Shown here: positions 43,111-55,261 of the stretch, in pieces
Position numbering within the stretch: position 1 is the stretch's first letter
How the letters are laid out: each line of letters opens with the position of its first letter
Assembly: GCF_006345805.1 (NCBI RefSeq)
Contig: NC_043020.1
Coordinates: 8,556,001-8,620,000 of the forward strand
Length of the DNA stretch: 64,000 nt
Reading direction: 5' to 3'
Source of the DNA: Octopus sinensis
Taxonomy: Eukaryota
Program-made: the position numbers and the translations under genes
The notes under the pieces: model-generated
The model's input: the letters and a program-made list of their open reading frames with translations, nothing else
Told to the model about the DNA's origin: nothing
Databases searched by the model: none

Positions 43111-43440
43111 AAATATTAATTTATGGTGGCAAACCAGCAAAATAGTTGAACAAATTGCTTGGCAGCATTTCTTCCGGCTCTTCGCCTTCCAATTTCAAAT
43201 CCTGCCACGGTCAACTTTGCCTTTCATTGACTCAAGGTCAATATAACAAGTATCAGTCAAGCCTTGGAGTTGATATAATTGACTTGTCACCCTCCCCTCA
43301 AAATTTCTGGCTTTGCATTCTGTTCAGGGGGAATGCTGTGATCTCTGTTGCTTATATACCATGGAAGCTGGATAATTGGACTGATGCATCTTAGGGTTGA
43401 AGAAGAAAGAATGAAAATAAGGTTTATATTATTAGTGTGA

Positions 43441-43670
43441 AGACTGAGGTACACCAGGAGAAGGAAGTATCCAGAAGAATGAAGTACACCAGGAAGTACA
43501 CACAAGAAGACTGAAGTAGCCAGGAGATTGAAATATCCTTGAAGACTGAAGTACCCCAGGAAACTGAAGTACCCTAAGAGACTGAAGTGTACCAGTAGGC
43601 TAAAGTACCCCAGGAGACTGAAGTACCCCAAGGAACTGAAGTACACCGGTAGGCTGAAGTACCTCAGAAA
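43441..43670. repeat. Degenerate 18-bp minisatellite related to 40955
   Basis: ACTGAAGTACCCCAGGAG units. Confidence 0.88.
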
Positions 43671-44049
43671 GCCATATTATGACTGCATGAATGTGTGTTT
43701 GAGTGTGCATGTATGTATGTGAAGATGCACAGCTTAGTGGTTAGTGTATTTGGCCCAGGATTGTAAGGTGTCAGGAGTTCAATTCCCAGCGACACATTGT
43801 GTCCTTGAGCAAGACACTTTATTTCACGTTGCTCTTGTCCACTCAGCTGGCAAAAATGAGTTGTACTTGTATTTCAAAGGGTCCAGCCTTGTCACAATCT
43901 GTGTCACATTGAGCCTTCCCGAGAACTACATTAAGGGTACACGTGTCTGTGGAGTACTCAGACACTTGCAAGTTAACCTCACGAGCAGGCTGTTTCGTTG
44001 ATCGGATCAACTGGAACCCTCATCATTGTAACCGATGGAGTGCCTGTTA

Positions 44050-44091
<42 letters not shown>

Positions 44092-45159
44092 GCAGAAACG
44101 TTAGCACGTCGTGCGAAATGCTTAGCGGTATTTCGTCTGCGTTACGTTGTGAGTTCAAATTCCGCCGAGGTCGACTTTGCCTTTCATCCTTTCGGGGTCG
44201 ATAAATTAAGTACCAGTTACGCACTGGGGTCGATGTAATCGACTTAATACCTATGTCTGTCCTTGTTTGTCCCCTCTGTGTTTAGCCCCTTGTGGGTAGT
44301 AAAGAAATAGGTATGTCATCATCATCATCATTGTCTAATGTCTGCCTTCCATGCTGGCATGGGATGGACGGTTGGACAGGAACTGGCCAAGTGGGAGCCT
44401 GCACTAGACTTCTGTGACTGTTTTGGCATGGTTGTTTGTGGCTGGATGCCTTTCCTAACACCAACCACTCAGCAGAATGGACTGAGTGTTTTTTTTATGT
44501 GGCAGCAGTACAGGTGAGGTCAGTATCAGCAAGGTTTTTACATTTGGATGCCCTTCCAAATGCCAACCACTCCACATTGTGGACTGAATGCTTTTCATGT
44601 GGCACTAACACTGACAGGGTCGTATGGGACAGGTGTTGTTTGTTTTGTGGCACCTGCAAAGATGAAAAGCAAAGGTTGTCTTTGTGGGTATTGGAAATCA
44701 ACCTGGTGGGGTGTTGAACGTAAAAAGAAATGTAAAAAGAAGAAAGGAGGAAAGAAAGAAAAGAGCAAGGGGGAGAGTGAGAGAGGGGGAGAGTGAGAGA
44801 GGGGGAGAGTGAGAGAGGGGGAGAGTGAGAGGGGAGAGTGGCAGAGTGAGAGAAAGTGAGAGAGAGAAGAGGAGGAGAGAGTGAGAGACAGTGAGGGAGA
44901 AAGGAGGAGAGGGAGATAGGGGTGAGAGAGAGTGTGTGAGGAGAGAAAAGCGGGGAATTAGGGAGATAGAGGGGGGAAAAGGGGGAGAGAAAAGGGTATG
45001 AGTGAGTGTGTGGGTGTGACTGGAAGAAAATGTGGGCAGCTTGAGAAAGAGAATGAGATATTATTGAGTTGCAAGTTTTAAGACATGTCACAAATAGTAT
45101 GACACATGTTGACAGTGGAACAGATGTCACAACAATGGCTGAGAACATATACCAACACA

Positions 45160-45960
45160 TACATACATACATACATTTATATATATATATATATATAAAT
45201 ACGTACATGCGTACATACACTCATTCATACATACATACATACATACATACATACATACATACATTCATACATACATTCATACATACATACATACATACAT
45301 ACATACATACATACATACATACATACATACATACATTCATACATACATTCATACATACATACATACATACATACATACATAACATACATACACACACACA
45401 TACATAATACACACATACATACATACATTAATAAATACATACATTCATACGTACATTCATACATACATACATACATACATACACTACATTCATACATACA
45501 TACATACATTCATACATACATACATACATACATACTACATACATACATACATACATACATACATACACACATACATACACCACACACACATACACCCCCC
45601 ACACACATACATAATACATACATACAATACATACATACATACATACAACATACATACATACTTACATACATTCATACACACATACATACATACATACATA
45701 CTACATCATACATACATACATACATACATACATACATACATACATACATACATACACAAATACATACCATACTACACACATACATACATACATACATACA
45801 TACATACATACATACAATACATACATACATACATACATAAGACACACACACAAAATACATACATACATACGTACATACATACGTAATACGTACATACATA
45901 CATACATATATACATGCATTTATACATTTATACGTACATACATACATGTGTGTTTGTGTG
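45160..45960. repeat. (CATA)n microsatellite
   Basis: Directly visible. Confidence 0.97.
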
Positions 45961-45966
45961 TATAGT

Positions 45967-46066
45967 NNNNNNNNNNNNNNNNNNNNNNNNNNNNNNNNNN
46001 NNNNNNNNNNNNNNNNNNNNNNNNNNNNNNNNNNNNNNNNNNNNNNNNNNNNNNNNNNNNNNNNNN
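45967..46066. other. Assembly gap (100 N)
   Basis: Run of n; the right edge resumes in a SINE A tail. Confidence 1.
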
Positions 46067-46537
46067 AGTCAAATGACTGAAACAAGTAAAAGAGCAATGA
46101 AGGGAATAAGGGCAATAATAAAGGAAATGAAGGAAAGAAGGAAAGAGAATTATGTTGGTAAAGATTGGCAATAAAATGGAAGCAGTAAAAGGAGATGATA
46201 AACGGTAAAATCTCGTGTTGTTCTGCTGATTTTCTTAGTAATTTGATAAACGGATACAATTGATTTATGAGTCAAAAGGGTGGATGGCAAACAATCTCCG
46301 TTGCCTAGCTTTACATAAAAATAGAAAAACAAAGAGTTTTTGTAGACACAAGCATGGTTGTGCAGTTAAGAAGCTCGCTCTACAACCACTTGGTTTCGGG
46401 TTCAGTCCTACTGCACAGCCTATATACATACATCACACACACACACACACACAGACACACACAGACACACACACACAAACCTACTCGGAAATAGATGCGT
46501 GACGTTCGATCATATAATAATATAAATAATATATATG

Positions 46538-46571
<34 letters not shown>

Positions 46572-46577
46572 ATACTA

Positions 46578-46752
46578 TTTATTTAAAGCAGCAGAAACTT
46601 CAACAAACCCTGTTACTCAGAGTTTCACGATCCCGTTCGTCGGACAGTTTTTGCAAGAAAAAATTTGCTATTCTAGCAAAAACTGTCCGACGAACGGGAA
46701 CGTGAAACTCAGAGTAACAGGTTTTGTTGAATCTTCTGCTGCTTTAAATAAA
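46578..46752. repeat. Inverted repeat with ~77-bp arms in a (TA)n-flanked module
   Basis: tttatttaaagcagcag...ctgctgctttaaataaa; a few mismatches; ~21-nt spacer. Confidence 0.93.
46683..46720 (+). ncRNA. Type I hammerhead ribozyme motif with a CCGACGA core; a mirror copy lies on the minus strand at about 46610-46647
   Basis: CTGT-CCGACGA-ACG(GGAA)CGT-GAA-ACTC(A)GAGT-A|ACAG: all three helices pair; helix III is a self-complementary ACTC/GAGT. Confidence 0.7.
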
Positions 46753-46822
46753 GCATATTACTCTACCCCTGGTATTTGAGTATTCTTTTTTCCACCTTGT
46801 TTCACATTTATGTGTTTACTCT

Positions 46823-46860
<38 letters not shown>

Positions 46861-48624
46861 TATATATATAAGAATATATATATATATATACAGGACGTCA
46901 TAAAACATAAACAACATGAAATATGAAAATAAAGTTGGGTACGCAAAGAAGGAGAGAAACAAATGGAAAGCAAGACAAGTAACATAAAAAACGACCCTTC
47001 ATCAGTTGTCGTCTGTCTTTCTACTCCTTATTTCGTGCAATGAACGATAAAATAAGACTTTGAAGGCAGTTGCTTCCGCGAACCGAAATAAAATTTGGGA
47101 TTTGCAGAGCGTCAATGTTGGTAACAAAAACAGGACATACAACAAACCAAACAAAACAAAGACAAACAGGGAGGGCTGTTAGGCTCAGATGAGGTAGGGT
47201 AGCAAACGCTGGAAGAAGATCCTTTGATAAGAGAAAAGATAGGAGAGGAGACAGATAAGAATATGTCTGGTCTGTGTGACAGACTGAAGGAAAAGAAAGA
47301 TAATCACGTGAGGAAAGGAAAGATGGACGAAGGTCATGTGTGAGCAACGAGAGAGAGTAAAGGTGGAAGAGAGGGAGAGAGTATATATATTATAATCTAT
47401 CTCTCTTGCCGAACCGCTGTGTTACTGAGGATGTAAACAAACCAACACCGATGACAGAGTTGAGTGAAAACAGACACCAGCATTACTATCTATCTATCTA
47501 TAGCCTGTCGTTGATGTTGGTTTATTTACGTCCCTAGTAACACAGCGGTTGAGCAGGAGAGACAAATAAGTACAAGGCTTAGAAAATAGAGGGCGATTTG
47601 TTGGACTAAAACTAGTTTTGGCGGTGCTCCTGCATGACCACAGTCTATCGACTGAAATAAGTAACAGAAGATCAAGTAGATGGCCACAGATGGAACATAG
47701 ATCATTGGATCACAGGTGAAATGAATCTGAAGGAAAAGAGATGGTCACGATTGTATAACGAGATATCTGGCCAGGATTTGAAACCAAAACTCTTGGTTCA
47801 CTCATCACTTTTTGATCATGACTCATAACTCTTGGCTCTCAATATATTTCTCCCACCGTCCTTTATTATTATTATTTATTTCTTATATTGTGGCAGACGA
47901 ATCTCGTGAAATTTCTTCCAACCAGACGTTTGTTTCGTTGATATGGCATCGACCACAAACCTGTTTATTAAACTTTCTCCCATTAAATAAATCAATGATA
48001 TCACTGTCACTCTGATAAGATATAAAGAACAGACAAATACAGTGGTCATTTAGTAGTTCTGATCCGATAACAGAAAATTCTTGGTTGTCCAGCTATGGCC
48101 AGTAGCAGTAGCAGTCACCATCGCCACCGATGTCACAAAACAGCATCAACATCGAAAACACCAAAGAGTTTATTGTATTTATCTCAGTTGCCATTTGGCA
48201 AGGATCACTACCAATACACTTGGTTTCTCGGTAATTCTCTCTCTCTCTCAGAGTGGTTGGCATTAGGAAGAGCATCCAGCTGTAGAAACTTTGCCAGATC
48301 AGATTGGAGCCTGGTGCAGCCTCTGGCTCAAAAGTTCTTAGTCAAACCGTCCAACCCATGCCACCATGGAAAGCGGACGTAAAACAATGATGATCATGAT
48401 CATGATGTATATATATATATCATCATCATCATCGTTTAACGTCCGTTTTCCGCGCTAGCACGGGTTGGACGGTTTCGACCGGGGTCTGGGGAGCTAGGGA
48501 CTGCCCCAGGCTCCAGTCTAGTCTGGCAGTGTTTCTACAGCTGGATGCCCTTCCTAACGCCAACCACTCCGCGAGTGTAGTGGGTGTTTTTTACGTGCCA
48601 CCTGCACAGGTGCCAGAGGGGTCT

Positions 48625-48656
<32 letters not shown>

Positions 48657-48914
48657 CTTCACTACCTCATATGTTCTTAAAATTTTAATCTACATCTTTG
48701 CCTCTATATCTACCTTCTCTATAATGTTGCTACTTGATTTGAAAGCTTTTGTATTTATGGAAAACCTATATAATTGGCTGATGAGCACTCAGCATCTTAA
48801 ATCTGCTGTAATACTTACAACTTTTAATAAAATGATGTAGTGCGAAACAATTGTACCAAATTACCGGAGTCATTCTTGTTGCTTATTTTGATAATATATA
48901 TATATATATGCATA

Positions 48915-49094
48915 TTGAAAAAAGGAGGCAGTCAGAATTTTGAATAATTCTTTATTAGAGCTTTAGTTTATTTATTGAACTTGTCAAGATAAAATCAAAA
49001 TGATTCATTTTGATTTTATCTTGACAAGTTCGATAAACAAACAAAAGCGCTAATAAAGAATTATTCAAAATTCTGACTGCCTCCTTTTTCTCAA
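48915..49094. repeat. Imperfect palindrome with ~90-bp arms next to (TA)n
   Basis: Centre atga-t-tcat at 49004; gaaaaaaggaggcagtcagaatttt versus aaaattctgactgcctcctttttc. Confidence 0.9.
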
Positions 49095-49854
49095 TGTACA
49101 ATATCTATACACCACTTCAACTCTCTCTCTCTCTCTCTCTCTCTCTAAGCTAGTCATTTATATAAATATAGCATTAATTAACCATTAATTAACACAAATG
49201 TGCCACTGCTGACTTTGTTGCCTCATAAATTTCAGAAAAATGGATAATTTTTTTTTTTCATGAAATCTTCTAGAAATAACTTTCAGATGGTGTAGATTAC
49301 ATCAGAATTTAATATGAAAAATAAAAATGGTGGTAGCGTGCACACACATACTGATATAATTGTTTTCAAAATTTAATTTTTAAAAATTTTAGATAAATAT
49401 GTGATTTGTTGATATACATCATGTGCACAGCCATCAATTTTCTTTCACAATAAATTTCAATAAAATCGTAGTCTACATCATCTGAAAGGCATTTGTAGAA
49501 AATTTTATTCAAAACAATATCCATTTTTCTGAAAGTTATGAGGAAACAAATTCAACTCGAGAGGGCAAGTCGATTACATCAACCTCAGCACTCAACTGGT
49601 ACTTATTTTATTGATCTCAAAAAGATGAGAGGCAGAGTCAACCTTGGTGGAATTTGAGCTCAGAACGTAAAGACAGATGAAATGCCGCTAAGCATTTTAT
49701 CTGGCGTGCTAACGATTCTTTCAACTCACTGCCTTGATATTTGTTCTATATTAATTACTAGCTGAATTACCTGACACTGCTCTGATTACTGCTGTAATTA
49801 TTCAAATTAGTAAACAATAAATATGAAGATATATTTTTTTTTTCGTAATTATTT

Positions 49855-50004
49855 CAAAATATGTGTGGTAAGTAGCTTGATTACCAACCACATGGTTTTG
49901 GGTTCAGTCCCACTGCGTGGCACCTTGGGCAAGTGTCTTCTGCTATGGCCTGGGTCGACCAAAGCCTTGTGAGTGGATTTGGTAGATGGAAACTGAAAGA
50001 AGCC

Positions 50005-50052
<48 letters not shown>

Positions 50053-50260
50053 GTATGTGTGTTGGTGTGAGTGTGTTTGTCCCCCTAGCATTGCTTGACA
50101 ATCAATGCTGGTGGCTTATGTCCCCGTTACTCAGCGGTTCGGCAAAGAGACCGATAGAATGAGTACTAGGCTTACAAAGAGTAAGTTCTGGGGTCGATTT
50201 GTTCGACTTAAAGCGGTGCTCCAGCATGGCCACAGTCAATGACTGAAACAAGTAAAAGAA
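49855..50260 (+). mobile_element. SINE family A
   Basis: Near full-length copy. Confidence 0.88.
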
Positions 50261-50519
50261 TATTGCCCTCCCCCCCCCTAATTCTTTTTAATTTTAAGCA
50301 CAGGGCCGGAAAGTTTAATGAGTCGAATGGGAGCTGGGGTTGTAGATTAAATCGACCCGGGACTTGACATTTTATCGACTCTGGTTGACATAATATATAT
50401 ATATATAATATATATATGTGTGAAATAGAAAGATGAATAATCTTGTAGTAGATTAATCAAAAGATTAACCGATACCTAGTAGCAATCTGCGTTCAGCTCC
50501 ATTTCTTCAATTCACCAAT

Positions 50520-50607
<88 letters not shown>

Positions 50608-50744
50608 GGGGGAAGCAAAATTATGATTTTAATTCAGAACGTAAAAAGAAATAGCTGCAGCCGTGAAGTATTTTAGTTTATAATGTTTATGATTGGCATG
50701 AGTCACAGATAGAGTCGAGCTGATCAACTCTAGTACTTCAATTC

Positions 50745-51173
50745 GGCGATCTTTCGTCTCTAGTAGACCTTTCCGTCGATTTCCGTAAAAATTTTTTTTT
50801 TTTTTACATATGGGCTTGCGGGAACTTTTGAAGTAATATACATACATATACACATACACCGAGTAAAAAATTTCAGTTATCTCTTTCTTTCACACATTAC
50901 TCTGTCTCTTCACACACACTAACAGAAGCACTTCACTTACACAACATACTGTCTGTCTCCCACACCCCATCAAACACACGCACACACACATGTACATCAA
51001 TGCTTCCCATGCACGGTAACTTCAAAAGAACTTCCCTCGTCATACAATCGCTTTCTCTTAGTCTCTTTCGCTCTCATTACTTCAAAAGTTCCCGCAAGCC
51101 CATATGTAAAAAAAAAAAAATAGAAGTTTTTACGGAAATCGACGGAAAGGTCTACTAGAGACGAAAGATTGCC
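50745..51173 (+). mobile_element. MITE family G (GGC termini, ~90-bp TIR, 8-bp TSD; possibly Merlin-like)
   Basis: ggcgatctttcgtctctagtagacc...ggtctactagagacgaaagattgcc; TSD ttcaattc/ttcaattt. Confidence 0.92.
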
Positions 51174-51653
51174 TTCAATTTTATCGATCCCAGAACGATT
51201 TAAAAAAAAAAAAATGCTGACTTCGATGGGATTTGAACCCAGAACGTAAAGAGACGAAGCCTAAACATTGCTTGACATTTAATTGAGCAAACAGCGAATT
51301 GCACGGATAGTGGATTTTGCAAGGTTGAAAAATCGTCCCAGTTTCGACTCTGTGAGCCATAATAATAATAATGATAATGATAATTGTTATCAGGAGTAGC
51401 CGAGTCGAGCAGCTGGTGTGTACTTAGTAAAATAAAAACGACAAATATATATATATATATATACTAGTACACACACCTATAACTATTCCCTCTCTCTCTC
51501 TCTCTTTTTTCACATACATACACTGACATATACTACACTTTTATAATGCCTGCTACTGTCACGGCAGTCGCACGGCTGTGTGTTAAACTCTAGTGCACAG
51601 CTTGGGGTAAGTTCTGGTTTTTTCTTTTCTTCTCCAAGTGAGGCCAACATGGT

Positions 51654-52377
51654 ATGATGATGGAAAAAGTGTTGGAGACTCAGTTGGATAACATACACGA
51701 AACAGTCACCAGCGAACAAAGATCAGGTCGGCAGGACAGGGTACACAGCTCCGACGACGATGTTTTCCTCACGGGTACCACTCCACCCACACGTCGGTCA
51801 AACGTCGCTACGTTTGGCAAAAGTCCACCACTCATGTCTTCTACGAGTCCCAGATTGGCGAAATCTTCCTCTCACTTCAGTGACAGCAACGGCAAAGTCC
51901 GTCCGCACAGAGGCAAGACTTCGTCCGTCGATGATCGTTTACAAGGGACCTTCATGCACCCAGCTGTATCTGCTTCTGCTTTAACTTCGGGGACAACTAC
52001 AACATCAACTTCAACCGCGGTGCCTGTCTCAGAGGCAGACCCAGTCCACTGTTCTGCTATCAACTCTAACGAGAAACATGACAAGACGGGCGAGTCTAGT
52101 CCAACAAACACTGGATATTTACCGGATCATAGTTATGGAGGGGCCACATATTGCAGACAATCTCGACCCCGTGGTTCTATCTTTGATGATTTACTGTTTG
52201 AAATTTATGATCAGTGGTACGATAGCTACCGAGACAGCTTTGATAGCGACACATTTACGGAATATTCGAGTGCTGCGGAGATACCACATTATTACACAAC
52301 GGCCAGGTGGGAATATAACTTGGAAAGCGAAGATAGGAGGATAAAAAAATTCAGCCGTGCTTATTTGGAAAACCAAG
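51654..52377 (+). CDS. First (or first visible) coding exon of an unidentified protein: S/T-rich N-terminus plus an acidic/aromatic motif RGSIFDDLLFEIYDQW...DSFDSDTFTEYSS
   Basis: 241-codon non-repetitive ORF with higher GC than its flanks; polypyrimidine acceptor ending aag at 51638; in-frame TGA at 51639 upstream of ATG 51654; strong donor CAAG|gtaagg at 52378 (phase 1). Confidence 0.85.
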
Positions 52378-52573
52378 GTAAGGGTGTTCGTTGGTAAGGC
52401 TATCATAACTTATTTTAGTTTTATATTTTGTTCAACTCTCACTAAGCCATAATTAACGACGTTTTAAGTGTGACAACACCCAATATATGTGTGTGTGTGT
52501 GTATGTAGGTCCCGGGTTGAGTCGGGGTTAACCACAGTAAACAAGGTACTCAATACATAGCAGAGTAAAGTAA

Positions 52574-52699
52574 TTTATTTTATAGAAGGAGCTTCTACAG
52601 GACTAGAACTGTTTCATTCAGATGAAATCTTCAGGAAGCTGAAGATTTCATCTGAATGAAACAGTTCTAGTCCTGTAGAAGCTCCTTCTATAAAATAAA
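52574..52699. repeat. Perfect inverted repeat, 61-bp arms and GAAG loop, containing the hammerhead motif
   Basis: Arms 52574-52634 and 52639-52699 are exact reverse complements; the module sits between (TG)n and (TG/TA)n tracts. Confidence 0.95.
52590..52640 (-). ncRNA. Type I hammerhead ribozyme motif (Penelope-element type)
   Basis: Minus strand reads AGCTTC-CTGAAGA-TTTC(ATCT)GAAT-GAA-ACAG(TTCTAGTC)CTGT-A|GAAGCT: 6-bp helix I, canonical core, 4-bp helix III, GUA site; helix II is weak (U-U at the base, then 3 bp). Confidence 0.75.
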
Positions 52700-52844
52700 A
52701 TATGTGTGTGTATATATATATATATTTCCTTTCGGGGTAACAAGTTCAAAAGAAGCTACGTTCGACCACTTGAATAAGTACTCAAAGATAAGTCTGAGGG
52801 TGAATAAATTTTTTAATTCATAATCATTTTATCGGACTAGCGAT

Positions 52845-52881
<37 letters not shown>

Positions 52882-53214
52882 CTCTGTATATCTTTTAATT
52901 GCCTTAGCAAATATGCTATCCCCTATCAGTTATAGATTTGGCTGTTATTTCTAGCAGCATAGAGTCTTCTTCGCTGTCGGTTTCTTGTTTTATAAATAAT
53001 TATATATAAAGATTTAACGACCAAATAGCAAAATCTTTATATATTGATACCTGTTGAAACGGGTCCCCATTCCTTCTTTAAAAGTCTAATCAGTTTGATA
53101 TTCTGTCTATATTTCGCTTTTTATTTCTTTAAGTTAATTAGTTTGCATTTAAACTCAACAACTTTTGATAAAAACCGATTCATCTGTCCGACACCGACTT
53201 TTTTGTTGTGTATC

Positions 53215-53564
53215 TGTATTATTATTATTATTATCATTATTATTATTATTATTATTATCATTATTAATATTATTATTATTATCATTATTAATATTATTAT
53301 TATCATTATTATTATCATTATTATTAATATTATTATTATCATTATTAATATTATTATTATCATTATTATTAATATTATTATTATCATTATTATTATTATT
53401 ATTATTATCATTATTAATATTATATTATCATATTATTAATATTATTATTATCATTATTATTAATATTATTATTATCATTATTATTATTATCATTATCATT
53501 ATTATTATCATTATTATTATTATCATCATTATCATTATCATTATTATCATTATTAATATTATTA

Positions 53565-53601
<37 letters not shown>

Positions 53602-53744
53602 TATTAATATTATTATTATCATTATTATTATTATTATTATCATTATTATTATTAATATTATTATTATTATTATTAATATTATTATTATCATTATTATTAT
53701 CATTATCATTATTATCATATATTATTATTATTATTATCATTATT

Positions 53745-53778
<34 letters not shown>

Positions 53779-53782
53779 CTAT
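53215..53782. repeat. (ATT/ATC)n microsatellite
   Basis: Directly visible. Confidence 0.97.
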
Positions 53783-54161
53783 TGCATCGCCAGTTAAATA
53801 ATTTGTATTAATAACCTCCTGGTGACTCGCAGAATTCTCACAAATTGTGTTAGCATTTACTATAGTTGTTGCTTGTTTAGTCATATCATTATTTGACCCC
53901 ACCCGCCTTCTTTTATCGGCGAAACATTGACAGTGAGTCAAACCTCTGAGCACATTAACTGTTCCTTTTGATATTGATTAGACACAAGGACACACATTTT
54001 ACGTGTGACTGGGATTGTGGTTGCAACAAGAGAACACGGCACCACAGGGCAAAAAAGAGACTTTTAACGTCCCCACTTTATATGGTTATCCTCGCTTTTA
54101 CAACCCTACGTTCAAATTAGTCTTTTTATTGCGTTTTTACGGTCCTAAATTAAAAATTGTT

Positions 54162-54573
54162 GGCAAACTTTCGTCTCTAGTAGACCTTTCCGTCGATTTC
54201 CGTAAAAATTTTTTTTTTTTTTTTACATATGGGCTTGCGGGAACTTTTGAAGTAATGAGAGCGAAAGAGACTAAGAGAAAGCGATTGTATGACGAGGGAA
54301 GTTCTTTTGAAGTTACCGTGCATGGGTAGCATTGATGTACATGTGTGTGTGTTTGATGGGGTGTGGGAGACAGACAGTATGTTGTGTAAGTGAAGTGCTT
54401 CTGTTAGTGTGTGTGAAGAGACAGAGTAATGTGTGAAAGAAAGAGATAACTGAAATTTTTTACTCGATGTATATGTATGTATATTATTTCAAAAGTTCCC
54501 GCAAGCCCATATGTAAAAAAAAAATTTTTTTACGGAAATCGACGGAAAGGTCTACTAGAGACGAAAGATCGCC
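54162..54573 (-). mobile_element. MITE family G, inverted copy
   Basis: Same TIRs with the interior reverse-complemented; flanked by a 49-bp direct repeat. Confidence 0.92.
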
Positions 54574-55261
54574 CAAATTAGTGTTTTTATTGCGTTTTTA
54601 CGGTCCTAAATTAAAGATTGTTTCATGGCCGGACGTCCCCACATGCCAAAATTACTAATAAGTTAGTGGACATTGTTGTTATACGCCGAGAAGTTTGTTT
54701 AGTTTTCGATTTAGTACTTGCTCTCCAATTGTATGTTAACTGTGAGAAATATTGCGCAAAACGTCTCTTAATTCACAAGAGTTGTGCCTATGAACAATTT
54801 GGAAAATCTGGCTGAGGTGACCGACCACTACTTTATGTTAATTAAAGTGTGAAGCGATAGGCCAGAGGAAATTTTGTACCCCTTTCGCACTTGAAACTGG
54901 CAGGGGTGACTGCGCCCTTCTCCCACACTTACTACGCCTCTGGGGGTAGAAAACGATCGTTTATATCGATCCTATTGTTTGACTGGTATTTATTTTATTG
55001 ATCCTGGAAGGATGTAACGCAAATCGACTTCGGTAGAGTTTAAAATAGGAAATGTAAAGCCTATGTGATTGTAGAAGTAGTCCACTTCCGGAATCGATAA
55101 TAAGTTCCAATCAAGTTTTGGTATCGGTTTAATCAATTATACATTCTCCAAAAAGAAAAATATCTGGTTTTGCGTTTATATTAAAAATTATTTTCTTTTG
55201 AACGGATCCGAATGTTAAAAATTCCTGCCTTCTTTACTAGTTTTCAAGCATTTTCTGTGAT

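Noticed and set aside
42559-43119. Cys/His/Trp-rich ORFs
   Set aside because: Translations of the retroposon minisatellite.
46992-47005. CTGATGAAGGGTCG on the minus strand, a hammerhead-like half core
   Set aside because: No closing helix II strand or GAAA follows; at most a PLE-like remnant.
51607-51638. 32-nt micro-intron
   Set aside because: Too short for normal spliceosomal introns; reinterpreted as an alternative donor.
53165-53953. Long ORFs (poly-Ile, poly-Leu, poly-Asn)
   Set aside because: Artefacts of the (ATT/ATC)n microsatellite.
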